Assembly: GCA_951406725.2 (NCBI GenBank)
Contig: OX597820.1
Span: forward strand, 51,832,001-51,896,000
DNA from: Octopus vulgaris
Taxonomy: Eukaryota
Length of the DNA: 64,000 nucleotides
Direction: 5' to 3'
The notes beneath the pieces were generated by a model. That model was not told the DNA's origin. It saw only the letters and a program-made list of their open reading frames with translations, and ran no database searches. Positions within the stretch are counted from its first letter, which is position 1, and each line of letters opens with the position of its first letter. Positions 1 to 14,217 of the stretch are shown piece by piece. The position numbers and the translations under genes were made by a program.

Positions 1-191
1 GTGTAACAGCTCCAGTAATTTAGCTTGGATGGAAAAGTATATTATTGTGCCAAATGTTAAAATTTTCAATAAATATTCATTTTTGAAATTCTGGTAGCCA
101 AACCAACTAGATGCATAGTGAGACTATTTGTTATTGGAAGAATTTCTATTGTGATATATGTGCAGGGAAATTATGAATGGATCCTTTATTA

Positions 192-650
192 CTTGGTGGC
201 CCTGGTCGAGAGGTTGAGACTGATGAGTCTATATTTACACGGAGAAATGAGCATGTTGGCAGGTTGATATTGATACAACATGTAAGGAGCGTTTCCTTGA
301 AGCAGTGGCAAAAGGGGACTTCAACATTGTTTTACCTGTGTTGGACGAGTACGTGAGATTAGGAACCACTGTAGGGTGAGATCTATGGCGAGCATACAGC
401 ACCATTGGTAACCGAGGACTTCAACATCTGACAGTCAATCCTCAAATGAATTTCGTTGGTCCTCTCAAGAAACTACACTAAATACAGCCGAAAATCTGTG
501 GATAAGGGCAAAGCGGAGTAACAAGGAGAGTGAAACTTCACGTTCACTCTTTGACACTTATTTGGTCGACTCTATGTGAAGAAAAATTATGTTAATGGTA
601 ATGTTTTCAACAATATTATTAGTCAAATTCGTGAAGTTTACTCTGTGTGA
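192..650 (+). pseudogene. Decayed Merlin (IS1595/ISXO2-like) DDE transposase
   Basis: Manual translation across frameshifts and stops: LGGPGREVETDESIFTRR, RLGTTVG*DLWRAYS, HLTVNPQMNFV, TLNTAENLWIRAKR, SLFDTYLVDSM*RK. These match Merlin motifs VEIDES, PGTTIxSDxWxAY, HxTVNHSxNFV, HTNxIExxW. A possible right TIR ends at 1279 (reads GGTACATGTTCGGAATT on the minus strand). Confidence 0.85.
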
Positions 651-1330
651 ATGCTTCACTTATATTAACCTACTGTCCTCATTTGAGGACAGTTGAAATA
701 AAGTTTGTTAATCTATCATTTATTACATATTCAATTCTATATATTTTACCTGAAATTAGTTAATTTGCTGCAATAAAGATTACTTGGTATGTTTTTTAAC
801 CTTATTTATATAAGTATCTTCAGAATTTCGACAGAAATTGCAAAGCAGTCGAACATTTTTCTCTTATAATTACTGAGTACCGATTCCAGTAATAGGTTGG
901 GGCTACGGAAGATGGTTTAGCGACCAACATTTGAAAAATTAAAGTTTACCGAAAATTTGAAAATTTTGCGCTGTAATGTACTATTCCAAGCTCATTGCTG
1001 GGGTTGTTTCACTTTTTCCAGAAAATGTTATTAAAATGTTATAGAGGCTGTGTTTGATAATTTTCACCCAATTACAAAGAATAATTTGGAAGCTGTCATT
1101 TTATGCGTGACAGCACGTCTTGTCAACTGCAAACAAAGCAAATAAATTTGGGGTGAGGGATTGAAATTTACTTTTTATTTATGTATTTATTTTTGCTAAA
1201 TCGTAATCTCAGATATCGAAAACATATGAATAAGCTAAAAAAAAATTACTATGGGGTGGGGGAATTCCGAACATGTACCGATAATTTATTTTAATAGCAT
1301 TATTTTTTTCAGTAAATACGTTTTCTTACA

Positions 1331-1430
1331 AACACACACACACACACACACACATGCACAGACCCACACACATGCACAGACCCACACACATGCACAGACC
1401 CACACAAACACAGACACTCATGCACACACA
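1331..1430. repeat. (CA)n microsatellite with 18-bp ACACATGCACAGACCCAC units
   Basis: Directly visible. Confidence 0.9.
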
Positions 1431-2216
1431 CGGCTTCGCTTGGTCGGGCAGTGGTAGAGATTTAAATTTCAAATCACTTGTTGCTTAGATCCCAGCAGTG
1501 TATCACGCGTGTGTTACCTCCGTATCATCATTCCATAATATATGTTTTTTGGAAGAAAGTTATAGAAAAAAACCTCAACACATGTGACAGTGACAAAGAC
1601 ACGAGGATGTGATAGTAACAACAACCAAATCACCCTTAAATCACACACCTTTACTTTTGAAAACATTTATATTTTTCTTTTTGTTACCAAAAATAATTCT
1701 CTCCTGGTTTTTTAGTGCGTAGTGCCAAAACATTTGGCCAATATCGGCCAGGATTATGGGGCTGAGGTGGAAAAAAAGCCATGAATTTTCAGAACCATTT
1801 TCATAAAACGTTTCCCCCACCAACACCTCACCTCGAAAGCCTGAGTGGTAAATAAAATTCGAAAGACCCCTGTTTAAACGGAGAAAATAGACTTATGTCG
1901 GCGTCCCCCACTTCAATAATGATGCGTAAATATACTGATTTTAATTTTTTACCTACAAATTCAAACGTCGAAATTATATAGAGCAGAGATAATGTACACG
2001 CAAAAGGGTTAAAATACTTAGTTTTAAGTATTATTGCTCGCTGTTAAGCCATTTATCGAAGAAAAAAGAAAACTAAGGAAATTTGTTTTTTTTATCTCCT
2101 ACATAAATATGATGATATAAGTTTGTGAGGGTGAATAATACTATTTATCTGGTTCAAACTTATATCAACCATTGCGGCTGGACCCCTTTAGCCTCCTGTC
2201 TGTCACTGTATGTACT

Positions 2217-2248
<32 letters not shown>

Positions 2249-2251
2249 CAC

Positions 2252-2462
2252 TTTTACTCTTTTACTTCTTTCAGTCATTTGACTGTGGCCATGCTGGAGC
2301 ACCACCTTTAGTCGAGCAAATCGATCTCAGTACTTTTTTTTATGTAAGCCTAGTACTTATTCTATGAGTGTCTTTTGCCGAACCGCTAAGTTACACGGGC
2401 GATGGTCAAGCGATGTTGGGGGACAAACGCAGACACACAAACATACACCACACACTCACACA

Positions 2463-2513
<51 letters not shown>

Positions 2514-2669
2514 TCGACGGGATTCTTTCAGTTTCCGTCTACCAAATTCCCTCAGAAGGCTTTGGTCGGCCCGAGACTATAGTAGAAGACACTTGCCCAT
2601 AGTGCTTCCTGAATCCGGAAGCATGTGGTTCGTAAGCAAACTACTAACCACACAGCCACTCCTATGCCT
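2252..2669 (-). mobile_element. tRNA-derived SINE, family A (internal CA/TA microsatellite)
   Basis: Minus-strand head GGAGTGGCTGTGTGG (A box) and GGATTCAG (B-box-like). Body is shared with copies at 28529 and 46608. Confidence 0.85.
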
Positions 2670-2935
2670 ATATAGTTGACATTTATAGAAATTTACATAT
2701 ATATAATTGAAATTTATAGAAAAGCAAAAGACGAAGGCAGACATATGAACAGCAATCAAGGTTTCGAGTCTACGCTCTTCAACAGAAAGGAATAATAGGA
2801 AATAAACAGAGAGAGAATGAAAACAAACACGTGTACAGTTCAGCGGTCCAGCACTATCCTGTTATTTGTCAAGAGAAAGCTACTCATTCAGTGAGATAAA
2901 TATATAATTTAACATATTAATATATAGAATCTGTT

Positions 2936-3116
2936 AGCTGTCAGAAATTTTAACAAGGTCAGTAGAATGCTTCGTTGCATTTTGTCTGTCTTGACATTCT
3001 GAGCTCAGATTCCACTGAAGGTGAATCCGGTTTTCGAAATCGATTAAATAAGTACACATTGAGCACTGAGAGCTCCCCTTCCCAAACGTTTGCGGCCTTG
3101 TGCGAAATTTTAAAAC
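2936..3116 (+). mobile_element. Degraded SINE family B copy
   Basis: AGCTGTCAGAA..AATGCTT..TTCTGAGCTCAGATTCC resembles the copies at 47367 and 60252. Confidence 0.6.
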
Positions 3117-3306
3117 CCATACATTAATATACATAGGATTTGCAAAAGCTCACTTTTACATCGCGCTATTATTAGTTTCTTGCCTGTGTGAGTCTTCGTG
3201 ATTACCTGAAAATACACAAAACACTCTTAAATCTTGTCTGAACACTCTATTTTCACAAGCATGATGCTAATAGTAGCTCGCTTTAAATTCGATTTATATT
3301 AATTTA

Positions 3307-4184
3307 TACGATGATAAGTCAAATATTATACGCACTCTTATTTCTGTAAACTATTGAAGCAAAATTATAGATTGAACAATTGTATCCTATTTCGGCAAAT
3401 TCAACTTTTCTATGCATTTCTGATGGTCCATGACCTTGCTCATTCCATCAGACAAGAATTTTTTCAGCTGGTCTCGCAGCCATTTATGCACCATTTCCTG
3501 CATTTCTTCCTCTGTGGTAATTTGATGACACTGTAAAGTCCGTTTGTGCGGTCCAGTATTGTTATTCGGAAGAGGCAAGGTGTGAATATAAGCAGGGTGA
3601 TCCAATAAAAAGAAACCCAATTTTTCAATGGTTTCAGCTGTTTGAGCGGGCGTACATGGGTGTACATTGTTCTGCAGTTATAAAACTTGATTCGGCAATA
3701 AACCTAGGCCGAACCATGACTAATTTGCAAAGTCGATGCTGTCTCATCGATGGGCACTCGTTGGTTAGTCAGAATCATCTCTTGAGCTTGTTTCATCTTC
3801 ATATTAATGGTGGAGGTTGAATAGCGTTCTGTTCGCTCTACTTGATTCAGACTTGTCCAGCCATTTTAAAACTTCGCTATCAACATATAAACACTTATAT
3901 GCCGTAGAAAGTTTTACCTATATTGTATTGAAAGCCTGCGATGCATGTCAACCACTGGCACAACAACAGACCAGAGAAATTGGGTCTCTCGTCACTGTTT
4001 CCTTGGTGCAAGTTCGACCATATTTTCTCTGTAACATAAGAAGGAAAACAGTGATCAATATCCAACCTTGGTTACGTAATTGAAAACGTACCACATTTTA
4101 GCCTGCGAGTGCTGAATAGAGAGCACGGCCAGCTTAAAGAAAGTTTTGGTGAAAATGTGGAAAATTCTTGACTTCCCTGGTGTA
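3307..4184 (-). mobile_element. Decayed, internally deleted mariner transposon
   Basis: ORF 3387-3620 (LLDHPAY...EEEMQEMVHKWLRDQLKKFLSDGMSKVMDHQKCIE) matches the mariner C-terminus. Imperfect TIRs TACGATGATAAGTCAAATATT and AATTCTTGACTTCCCTGGTGTA with TA ends. Confidence 0.8.
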
Positions 4185-5424
4185 TATATACATATGTACA
4201 CATACACAGATATAAATTTCAGAATTTACACTGGCATGAGGGAGGAAGAGGTGTATTAGTAATAATAGTTACTGAAGATGGAATGATTAAATAGAATGTA
4301 GCATATGAACGTGTGTTGAAAAGCAAATATATTTTAGTAAAATATAAAGACGGGGCAGCAGTGTGAGAAGTATGTATTATGGAGAACAAATAAGAAGGGA
4401 AAAGAAAATATATTAAAGAATCAAAGACAAAGAAATGTACTTTTCTGTTGGTTTAAGAAACTTGACAGGACGTAAATATATGAGTGAGTAGTGTGGAGCA
4501 GAGGTAGGAGATTAAAAGGAAAGCTATCAGAACGAAAGGGAGAAGTACAAAAGAAATAACCCATCTTATGTCAGAAGAAGCACGTACGATTTCTTCAAGA
4601 ACTGATTTAGTATATACCTAAGCGTTTAAATAAATATGGAGCCACTAGAAAGATACATTCAAGAAGGAAAAAACTCATATATACATGAAAATATATATTG
4701 ATGAATTATCATGAAATAAAAAAGAACATAGAAAATGAAAGACCTTAAAAGATCTATTCAAATTTATGTAGGTTACTTGTCTATATAGGCCAAGTTAATA
4801 ACTGTAAAAAGGACGAGTAGTGAAATACATAAAACAAGGAATGAGATTCCCAGATCATAATACGAGGTTATAATTATCTAAATCGACTGATTTCTGTCGA
4901 TATAGAGTTACAAGAAAAAGTTTTGAAAAATGTATGCCCACAGAAAGTGACTATTCTATGGAGATTATTAAGAATAAGCTACTTAATATCACGCAATATG
5001 TGAAGGACTTTTTTGGTACACAAAGGTCATGTAGTGCTAGTATCCTGGTAAAATATTGCAGTACTAATTACAGAAACCGTGACGTAACACGAACTATTTT
5101 AGCTTTAGAGTTCTGGATACAATTTGCCTGTGTGGTAGAATATTTACCCTCAGTGTTACGGAATGAGCAACGTCTCTTAAAATGGGAAGAAGACACACTA
5201 ATAATATTACTACACACTAGTAATATTACTAGTGGTTTCGAAATATGTCGAGGACACAGCAATTACGGAGTAATAGAGCGCCGCGTGAAAAATATCTTAA
5301 CATCAGTTATTATTTCACAGACCATTATTTTGAGATATTCATTGAGATGAACACACACACACACATGTATCCATATAGCCAAAGAGGGGGGAGAGAGAGG
5401 TGCAACAGCTAGACGGGTAGACAG

Positions 5425-5444
5425 ACAGATAGATAGATAGATAT

Positions 5445-5518
<74 letters not shown>

Positions 5519-5527
5519 GGATAGATG

Positions 5528-5561
<34 letters not shown>

Positions 5562-5640
5562 GAGCTAGATAGATAGATAGACAGATAGAGAGCTAGATAG
5601 ATAAATATATAGACAGGTGTAAAGCTAGACAGATAGATAC
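5425..5640. repeat. (GATA)n microsatellite
   Basis: Directly visible. Confidence 0.95.
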
Positions 5641-8392
5641 ACAGAAAGACAGGGTGGAATGACAGATAGTCGTAAATGCATGAAGGTCATGTGTTAGTGT
5701 CCATTTTAAAGCATTTGAGGAAATTGCAAAGAAAGAAAAATCGTTGTACACTAGTAAAATTGATTGTGTCAAACGATATATGTATGAAGCAAATAACCAA
5801 ACTTCACAGCACATCGTCATCTATGACAATATTAATAAAACTTGCTTTCGATAATTGTACTAAACTGCTGTAATAAGAAATGAGAAAAATTACTTAATTT
5901 ATTCATATTTTCAGAATAGAAATTCTATTCTAAATAAAGACTAAGTCTAAATGGAGGAAGAAAAGATAAATCAAAATAAATCAGACTACGGCCAAACTTT
6001 ATCCATCATGGACTTTTTTCAGCAGCCAATAGCAAATGTTTGAATGTGATATCTTAATAATATGGAAACAAAACTGTGTTCCGTTTCTTTTCCTTCTTGC
6101 CAGGAATTGTATAGGGTTTCTATGACTTATTCATGCGATCTACGCCCGAGTATATTGAATTTTATTTTAAATGCAGAGTTTTCACCTTATTCTACAGCTA
6201 GTTATTTTCATTAAGCATCCGTATTTCTCTCATCACATCTCACACGCCAGAAATCCGACTTACTTATTCACTAATAGAGCTATATTATCTAACAGTTCAA
6301 TCGGGGTTCAACTTACGCTTGCTAGCTACGTGGACTATAACAACGTGAAACAAAATGTCCGATAGGTGTTATCAAGAACTGAACACCTGACGATACGGTT
6401 GTGAGATGAATACACTTCCTACTAAGCCACACGCCTTCAAATGGAAATTAAAAACTGAAATGTTAGACCTTGCTACGTTTCTTTACTAGCATTTCTATAA
6501 TATTTTAACAAAACCCACCAATTTGCTGACACTTTGTAAAGATGCGAACGAAATTTGTGAAAGTTATATCACCTGCCAATATTATATTTCTCATGGTTTG
6601 TATACCATGTTTCCGTATAAATGCGTGTGTATATTTCAATGTTAAATTTTGTGGGTTTGCTTTAAAAGATTAACGTATGGTAAGGCATTATTGATCTGTC
6701 GGAGAGAAACTTTGAGATTCCTGGTAATATTCGGTAATGGTTAGAAATAAAAGAAACATCAGATAATGTACTTCTATATATCTTTGGAAACATGAATGGA
6801 ATGGCGTTGGTAATTGGACAGTCTGATGTGTATTGAAAAGGTACTAAACAAGGAAAAATGTGTTCAGCGTTCGTATTTCTTCTATTATATGCCTTGATTT
6901 TACTTTTAATTAGACACACAAACTTCATAGAGGAAACAAATACAAAATTATATATCTTATGTTACTGATTACGATATTTCGATATTTTTCCAAACATGTT
7001 GATTCTTTTTCATTTTCTTTTTTTTTAGGAAAAATTTCTTTAACTTTTTAACTGTTCAACATTAACTTCATTGTGGTCAGTCATAGCAGAAATATTCCAA
7101 CATTTTAAAGGATTTTTAAAATCCTATGACGATTCTTCTCAAGAGAATTTTGGATTACATCTTGCAATGCAAGCCACGTCTCTCATATTTTCACTTTTAT
7201 GTTTATCAGTATTAAATTAATAACACCTCTATTACCGCAAATCCCCACACCGAGTTTTCATTGGCTCGTATATCATATGGAGGCAATGGCAAGTTGACTG
7301 GGAAGGAACTTATCAAAAATATAATATTAAATCTAATATCAGCATACGAACTTTGTCTAAGACAAATGGCATCTGATTCTGCCAGGCAAACCTATTAGCC
7401 AGGAGCTCTGATGTTTAAGACTTGACATATAAGAGAGAATCAAGAGTCATGAAAACATGTATTAGTGCACACAATGCTGAGAAATTACTTAGAATCATAT
7501 TTAAAGACAGTTATTCTGGCAAGTGTAGGACTAGTTATAACTACTAATGAGTTGTAGTTTTACAACCAGCATAAAGTTTATCTATTGCAATCGCCATTAA
7601 ATTATTCCATTAAAATTATATTTCAACTGGTCCATTTCAAACAACGTTTGACTGCTTCAATCCAATTAATACTAAATTGTTTCCATATATCCAACTCTCT
7701 CTCTATATAAAATCTGCGGTACTTCAAACACTACCGTTATATTTCTTTATAATCGATGTAGTGTCTATATATAATTACGTCGACTATTAAGATATTGCAC
7801 TATAAGATCCGCGTATTTTCTCATTACAAAGACTTATAAGATGCCATTCCGATCAACAGTGAGTAAGGCCACAAATTATAGCAAACAACCATTTATGTCA
7901 TGAAAATTACCAATGTGGAATTTTATTACTATCGACACTAAGATATGTCATTCTGGTAGTTGACAGCAACCACCATTCAGATAAACTAATAAATATGTTT
8001 TCTTAAAACAAACACTTGTATCATTGAAAGCAATATTGAATTGCGACATTGCAGCCCACTCTTAACTGGCTCAGAACATTGCAGGCTTAGATTAGCTTTG
8101 TCGATAAAATAGATGATCTATGTCACCGAAACCTTGGCTTCTGAACCCTATTACAACTACTTATTGCCTCTCAGTTATAAATGAGCAGTTGCAGCGGCTA
8201 ACACCACTCAGGCTTGTCTTATTACAATTAACTTTCGTAAGAATTATTTAAACTATTTAAAGTCTTATTGTTTTCCAAATTTTCTATCGCACTTGTTTCA
8301 TCGGTTGGATTCATTTTTAAAAGTAATTCCAAACAAAAAGTCAGTAGGCAATGTAATATTAATCTAAATGTATATATATATATATATATAAT

Positions 8393-9049
8393 ATAAATAT
8401 AAGAGAGTGGTCACTATATGGCTCACTCTAGCACCAGTTAATCCAAAAGGTTTCAACCACGAAAATACATGTTTCCCATGAAAGTCAGTACGATTGTTAG
8501 CTCACACGGACAGGGCAAATAAAAAATAACAAAAATACAGATTATTTTGGGACAATTGTTTCGCTATTAATGAATTAAATGTAATTTTACTTACAAAAAA
8601 ATCCATTTGTAGCTCGTCAGCCAAAACTATCTGGATGAAATCCACTCAATCACACGCCAGATTTTACCATAACGATAAATACGCGTGTGGTTCAATTGAT
8701 TACATCCGACGTTATAATTCAAATGCCCCAACTAACAGCGCGCCAAACTTTCACGGAAAACAAATACAGCATTTAGAAATAAATGCAGCATAATTATAAT
8801 TAATTAATAAGGGTGAGAGAATTAGATACTAATTTAATAGTATATCTATTCAACACCAAGTGGCCTAGTGCTACGAGAAACCTGGATTATTATAATATTT
8901 TATAACATATTATAATATTTTTTTTACAAAATAAATATAAGAGAGTGGTCACTATATGGCTCACTCTAGCACCAGTTAATCCAAAAGGTTTCAACCACGA
9001 AAATACATGTTTCCCATGAAAGTCATGTATTTTCGTGGTTGAAACCTTT
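8393..9049 (-). mobile_element. Penelope-like/retrozyme-like non-coding element: 538-bp unit with 95-bp terminal direct repeat and short terminal inversion
   Basis: 8393-8487 is identical to 8931-9025; 9024-9049 is the reverse complement of ~8984-9009; contains a hammerhead core; abuts (TA)n. Confidence 0.75.
8545..8626 (-). ncRNA. Type I hammerhead ribozyme (minimal stem III)
   Basis: Minus strand: UUUUGG-CUGACGA-GCUA-[43 nt]-UAGC-GAAA-C-AAUU-GUC-CCAAAA. Intact core, 6-bp stem I, 4-bp stem II, palindromic stem III, GUC cleavage triplet. Confidence 0.88.
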
Positions 9050-9052
9050 GAA

Positions 9053-9195
9053 ACATTGAATAATATGGGTTCAAAAAAAGTTTTTTACATAATTGTCACA
9101 TTGAATATTATGCATTCAAAAAAGTTTTTTACATAATTGTCACATTGGATATTATGAATTCAAAAAAGTTTTTATATACATAATTGTCACATTAC
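9053..9195. repeat. About 3 tandem copies of a ~44-bp unit
   Basis: CATTGAATATTATGxATTCAAAAAAGTTTTTTACATAATTGTCA repeated. Confidence 0.85.
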
Positions 9196-9627
9196 ATGTA
9201 TAAATATAGTGTTTGGTAACTGAAACAAGTAAAGCGTAAAGCGTAAAAGTTCAATAGTGTGATGAGAATATTTGGGAAAATTTGGCAGAAAAGGATAAAA
9301 CAAATATATTATTGGGAATTGGTTGCGTTAATTATTGGTTGTCGCAAATTGTCACATTACATGTATATATATACAATCTTTGGTATATATATACAGCGTT
9401 TTGACAGCAAAAATTAAAATGGATTTTTTGTACATCTCAGAATATTTTAAGTATGTTTTTACTGACCTGTCAGTATTAGCAGAAAGGCTGAACTGAAAGA
9501 ACAGAAGAAGTAGCCAATGTGGTGTATACTTCCCCTTTATGCATGAATGATTTTGGGGTTATCAGGAGGTTAGTATGCGGGTGTGAATAGATGTGTCCGT
9601 GCCTGCTGGTCAGATAGCGTCTGTTTG

Positions 9628-9845
9628 TCACACACATATATATACACACAAACACACACACACACAACAACACACACACACACACATAGTATACAAACAC
9701 ACACCACATACAAACAACACACACACACACAGAACACACACACCCACACACAACGCACCCACATATATCACATATACACACAGCACACAAATATAACATG
9801 TATCTATATATAACATACACAGATATATAACACACATACACACAC

Positions 9846-9880
<35 letters not shown>

Positions 9881-10163
9881 CACACGCACACATACATACA
9901 TAATATAAATATCACACAAATACACCTAGCATATATATAACACACATACAATACACACATACAGCATGTAAGTAATATACATACACAATATATGCATGCA
10001 ATATACATACGCAATACATACATATAATATATATATATATAGACAATGCATATACATATATACACATATACATATAAATAGTGTTTACATACACATACAT
10101 AGATGTACCACATATACACACAACACACATACATACAATGCATACACATACACGTACGCATAC

Positions 10164-10196
<33 letters not shown>

Positions 10197-10370
10197 AACA
10201 TACATACACACACAATGCATACATATATATACACGCAATGCATATACATGTATTCATGCATATATAGCACACCTACAATATACATATATACAGTGCACAC
10301 ATACACACAAATATATACACTTAATTGTACACGTACATATACAATACACATACATACAATATACATATAC

Positions 10371-10434
<64 letters not shown>

Positions 10435-10470
10435 ATATATACATATATACATATGTATACATGTATGAAT
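9628..10470. repeat. Long compound CA/TA low-complexity tract
   Basis: Directly visible; source of spurious ORFs. Confidence 0.95.
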
Positions 10471-10559
10471 ATGTGTGGCTGCTTCTGTTTGTGTATGCAA
10501 GTATCTGTGCATGGATTCGTGCTCAATAAAATTTTTTTACTCAAACAGTAACCTTTGTT

Positions 10560-12000
10560 TACTATAAATCTTCATTTTATTCCGGGAAGAGCATTCTCCA
10601 ATCTGGCTGTATATCTATTCCTTATATGAATATTGATTTCTGAGGAAAGCTGATTATCAATCTGACTCCCTTTCTAATCATTATATGGGAGCAATTTCTT
10701 CACTGGTTTCTCAGCTACTGATAAGTTTGCAACTCCAAAATATATCCCACATTAAATTTCGATACAACCAAGCAAGGAAGTGAAATATCTGCTCGAGTGC
10801 AATGTCATATCAGAGAATGTGTTATATATCCTCTGTATGAAATGTAAAATATTAAGAATAGGCAAATATATATTTAGCTCTTGAAAAGACATTTAAAACC
10901 ATTTTTAACCTATTGTGTTTTTTCTTTTAACTACTTTGGCAGGAATGCATATTATTCATATTACATATGGATACATTCAATCCAGTTGTCCATCTTGTAC
11001 TGAAGGCGATTTGTTTATTATTATATTTACTTTTCGGTTATGGAATGTATTAACTATATCGGGATGTTATCTCATTATTCAGAGGGTGCGGAATAAATGC
11101 CAAGAATATGTCATTCTGATTGCGTTGTATATAAGACTTCCACAAAACGTTAGTCCTGATATAACAAAAAGTGCGATAGACGTGATTCTCATTGTTCAGG
11201 GAAACATTCGCAAACATATTATCATTTTTAAAGTTCGTGTCAAGTATCTTTATATCTGTCACCACATTCTACCAGATTGTGCAATAATTTTCATTACAGG
11301 CTTCAGTATATTATGCTTTCCACTGTTGTTATTCTTGTGATATCTGCCATATCTCGTGTGGAAATATGTAAAATTGTTTTTGTGGCACGTCTGAGAGTAA
11401 TACATAAATCACACAACTCAGATAATCACACCTACATCTTTACGATAATCACATTTCAAACTTGGACCAGATATATATGATGTTGCCGACTTTTGATTCA
11501 CTGTCCTTTATTATTCTCTTGTTAAATTATCATACATATGTGAAGGGCATGAATTACCTTTCATTCTGTTTAATTCATTAGTATATTTAAAGCCGAAGCG
11601 TTATGTTGCCTCTCGTAAAATTTTAGACAGAAGATTTATTTTTGCGAATAAAATGTATTACAACTCTAGAATTGTTATTTGATTTCTACGGGTTTCCTTT
11701 GTTGTCAACACTTACGTAATCAAACAATTTGAATTATATTGCGATCCTTGTTTGGATTACTAAGGTCTTTTTTTTTCTCACCAGATTAGGCGCCAGTCAC
11801 CAGTTACGAAAGGAAAACAGCTTTTCTGATAAAATTGCTTTATCTGCTAGTCTGACATAAACTTGATGATGGGTTAGAAATTCATGACGATGAAATTTAT
11901 TGCTGTTACTCCAAGCAGTCTGCCATTTAATTTTCCCATTCCATGTGTAATAGTTCATGTCGTAATAGCACATAAATTTTATGGATGTTCAGTAATTCAT
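10560..12000 (-). pseudogene. Possible highly decayed Penelope-type RT remnant
   Basis: Weak residual motifs only (LADK; ILD..SYIQRNQNDIFLAFIPHP resembling YxKxTxxxxYLxFxSxHP); boundaries uncertain. Confidence 0.3.
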
Positions 12001-12245
12001 AATCACTCTTCACACCATGCTTTCGTCTTTACTACAAAAATAAACGAACATTGTAACAAATGACGGATAAAATTATTAGTGTATTTTTAAATTTCATTTA
12101 TTATGACTGGCTTCAAAACATCGATTTAAACTTAGATCAAACCTGGTTTCTGAAACAATATATCTTGATTTAATATATTTTTAATTATAGAATGTGAAAT
12201 TTATTGCATTTTCTTCAAAGTAAATTTATAAATTTACATATATAC

Positions 12246-12280
<35 letters not shown>

Positions 12281-14217
12281 AAGAGAGAGAGAGAGAAAGA
12301 GAGAGAGAGATCCAGGATCGATACGTCATACTTAATTTTGGTTTAATAATAAAACGCAATATCATCCCATCTTATATCCCGTTTATATGCTATGCACTGG
12401 CAAAACACCAGAATTAATATATGTATGGGGATATCAAAAAATGAATGACTGGGTGATAACAAGAAATAATTATACGTATAATATGACACCTATTGAGCAA
12501 GAAATGTTAATAGAGGTCGTAACTAATTTGTTACGACCTCTGTGAAACTACAAATTCACGGAACTGTGTATTCGGATTCACTAACACACCTTTTTGATTC
12601 TGTATCTTCTTCGTTTTATCCTTCCTACAATATTCATGCACTTCGATCTGGAACTCGTAAGAGGTTATTTCTTGCATCTCAGCAATAGAAATATTTCCAT
12701 CAACCCAATTAGAATTCAGAGCAATTTATTGAATAATCTTCCTCTTTCGCCTTAAACAACAAATTCTAACAAAATGTAACGCATGCATTCATGGAATATT
12801 TGATTGCACGTTTCTTGCATTATTTTTTCATTGATGAAATACTTAGTAATAAAATTTATTTCGCGTTATAAAGTACATTTATTTGCGAATATAATATCTA
12901 TGTTCACTACAAACATAACGGTGGGGTAGTCCACTGTAAAATATCTTATATGCAGTATTTGATAAATGCAGTATTGGTTTCTTCAATTATTGAATCTGCG
13001 TAGCATACAGGATATAAATGAAGGATTAACATCAAAGTTTGTAAGATTATTAACAATTAATTTGCAATTGATTGTATCAAATGCATTTGAGAAATCCATT
13101 AGAATTGCATAACCTAAGTTAACAGTTTCATGACACGTTTCCATAGAGTGTTAATTAATTTAACTAGTTAATGACGAACCGAATTTCCCTTTCTATTTAC
13201 ACATTGGCTTAAGTCAATTTCATTCGGTTGTGGTTGCAGAGAAAATGATGTGATCAGCCACTTTGATGAATGGACATGTTATCTAATTTAAATCGAGTTA
13301 TTAGTTTTAAGAATGAAAAGAAACTTTGCAACCTTCCATTAGCAGAAGAAGAACGCTATTCCCAGAGATGGATTTAATTTATTAGTTGTAAGAAACTGTC
13401 GGTAACCAAGCAAACTATATAAATAGTTGCGGAAGATCTATTTACCAAATATACCATTTTTGTCCTGGTGTTATACTAATAGACTAGAAAAGCTCCAAAA
13501 ATCCTGAACGAACTCGGTGTCATTTAGCTTCATGAAAAAGTGTCATTAATTATGAAAAACGTTTTCCCATGCTGGCTTAAACTGTTAATTACGCTCTCTC
13601 GAAACACACACCATAACGTCTCAAATAAGGGCACGGCACCCGGGACCTGAAGAGCAATATACTCCGTAAACAAGGTTTCTTCACGGCTGGAATCCTAGCG
13701 TCCTGATAATGTGTGACTATATGTGATCGTTAGATTAAGCAGCAAACTGTACGGCAACATAGAAGCCGACATTATTAATTCTTGATGAGATCGGAATAAG
13801 ATAACTAACTGATGATGGACCTGTATCTGGAAGGATATTCTATCATATAGCGTCTAGCTTTTACGTGAAATATCATATTTTGTTTATACTAAACGTAATG
13901 AATATACGTCAAGGAGAAATTTTGTGTATAAGAGACTATTTTGTGATATATCTTTGATTTTCATATTTGCAGAAGGTGACAATTATCCAAATATTACAGA
14001 ACCACTTGCATCTGAGAAATTATTTAAGAGAACTTATTTCCTTGATTCACCTTAGATAAAAAAAATACAAGAGGACTCATATGACTTACAGAGATAATGA
14101 AACATATTGATAGAAGAAAGTAACTATTTCATGATAATCTTGTGACTCTTTAAATATATCTGCTATTCTACTGCGGGCTACGTAATGGATATAGATATAT
14201 TTATGTATATATATATA

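Noticed and set aside
220-250. CTGATGAG...GAAAT hammerhead-like words
   Set aside because: No stems; these are the codons for TDES in the Merlin transposase
4400-5350. 138-aa ORF and possible ancient R4 remnant
   Set aside because: Only faint PD/VDI-like traces; cannot support a call
7100-7520. Possible Penelope C-terminal LCL motif
   Set aside because: Too degenerate to support without a search
9476-10551. Overlapping 100-200 aa ORFs (also near 16, 25, 34, 40, 45, 54-56 and 62 kb)
   Set aside because: Translations of CA/TA/TAA microsatellites; no coding signal
13641-13830. CTGAAGAG and CTGATGAT cores
   Set aside because: No matching stem II/GAAA/stem I downstream
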